Assembly: GCA_943355005.1 (NCBI GenBank)
Contig: CALRDV010000003.1
Coordinates: 8,590 to 72,589, forward strand
Source of the DNA: Patescibacteria group bacterium
GTDB lineage: Bacteria > Patescibacteriota > Microgenomatia > UBA1400 > MFAQ01
Length of the DNA stretch: 64,000 nucleotides
Reading direction: 5' to 3'
Shown: in pieces, positions 63,619 through 64,000 of the stretch
Layout of the letters: each line of letters opens with the position of its first letter
Numbering within the stretch: position 1 is the first letter of the stretch
Notes under the pieces: generated by a model
What the model saw: the letters and a program-made list of their open reading frames with translations, nothing else
Database searches by the model: none
Told to the model about the DNA's origin: nothing
Position numbers and translations under genes: made by a program

Positions 63619-63726
63619 GGATTCCGGGTCAAGCTCGCCTCGCTGAAGCCGAGTCGAAGCGGGCCCGGAATGACAGGTGGACAGGTTGATTGCCACGGCC
63701 GACCTAAAGTCGAGCCTCGCAATGAC
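63619..63726. repeat. compound REP-like locus: subtype 1 with a 30-nt loop insertion followed by subtype 2
   Basis: ggattccgggtcaag[ctcgcctcgctgaagccgagtcgaagcgg]gcccggaatgaca, followed by gattgccacggccgacctaaagtcgagcctcgcaatgac. Confidence 0.5.
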
Positions 63727-63774
63727 CAGGTATTAAAAAACTCCCCATCGCTTGACAGGGAGTTTTTGAGTGCG

Positions 63775-64000
63775 TTATCGTATTTGCAGGTACTCATCCT
63801 TCTTGCCTTCAGGCACGAAGTAGATGATGTGTTGATTGTTCAGCTTATCTTTATACAGCTGATAACAAGGTGAAATTTTATCCGTTTCCATGACTGTATG
63901 GGAGGCGAAGAAACCCAAGGCATCGCTGACAACACCGTTCTCGGTCTCAGAAGTTCTGTAGAAGATATTTTTGGCAACCACAGAACCTTCGTTTGCCGGA
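63775..64000 (-). CDS. hypothetical protein, N-terminus outside the window
   Basis: The minus-strand frame stays open to the window edge. The track's M at 63981 is a GTG. Confidence 0.3.
   Translation of the reverse strand, partial: PANEGSVVAKNIFYRTSETENGVVSDALGFFASHTVMETDKISPCYQLYKDKLNNQHIIYFVPEGKKDEYLQIR

Noticed and set aside
1-64000. CRISPR arrays, integrases, transposases and phage structural genes
   Set aside because: No direct-repeat/spacer arrays and no recombinase-like or transposase-like ORFs were found on either strand. The tRNA-bounded islet therefore lacks a classical mobility gene other than the HNH endonuclease.

Overview
This is a low-GC bacterial chromosomal segment, gene-dense, with many 4-nt ATGA start/stop overlaps. 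Small genes, an Elp3 homolog and O-antigen-ligase/TPR fusions suggest a CPR/Patescibacteria-like organism, but this is inference only. All product calls below are motif- and architecture-based readings of the translations; no database search was possible.

- **1-12.6 kb, glycosylation cluster.** Almost entirely minus-strand and strikingly paralogous. It holds GT-A glycosyltransferases with a ppGalNAc-T-like DxH motif ('DAHC') and a 'WG..E' motif, each fused to a conserved C-terminal domain. That domain also occurs as two standalone genes. The cluster also has two CgeB-like GT-B genes, three copies each of two class-I SAM methyltransferase families, an FkbM methyltransferase, a GT2 and an SDR epimerase/dehydratase.
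- **12.6-25.5 kb.** Membrane proteins; four tandem tatA paralogs (three are shorter than 60 aa and absent from the ORF track) plus tatC; a LytR_C protein; a receiver-only response regulator; a PAS/HAMP histidine kinase; an NMT1-like binding protein; PAS and membrane sensors; and a 714-aa Thr-rich surface protein with a Cys-less redoxin-like C-terminus.
- **25.5-29.7 kb, tRNA-bounded islet.** tRNA-Thr(TGT) is followed 2 nt later by an HNH endonuclease gene. A minus-strand operon of three paralogous Zn-ribbon proteins surrounds a 643-aa GHSMGG alpha/beta-hydrolase-like protein. tRNA-Thr(GGT) and tRNA-Tyr close the islet.
- **Housekeeping genes.** pyrH, a bacterial Elp3 homolog, rpmB, fmt, def, an M50 protease, an O-antigen-ligase-like/TPR protein, tRNA-Arg, mreB, mreC (inverted relative to its neighbours), mreD, mrdA, topA, an NRAMP transporter, a Tmk-like kinase, a PNP_UDP lipoprotein and folD.
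- **Two signals not explained by protein genes.**
  - Between mrdA and topA lie two tandem GC-rich candidate ncRNAs of about 540-560 nt. Each has a consensus TTGACA-N17-TAnnAT promoter and an intrinsic terminator, and they share a 5' motif. I could not assign either to RNase P, tmRNA or SRP RNA.
  - A dispersed family of REP/MITE-like palindromic elements has two subtypes that share GGATT...AATGACA termini. At least nine copies are present, including one in-frame inside a CDS.
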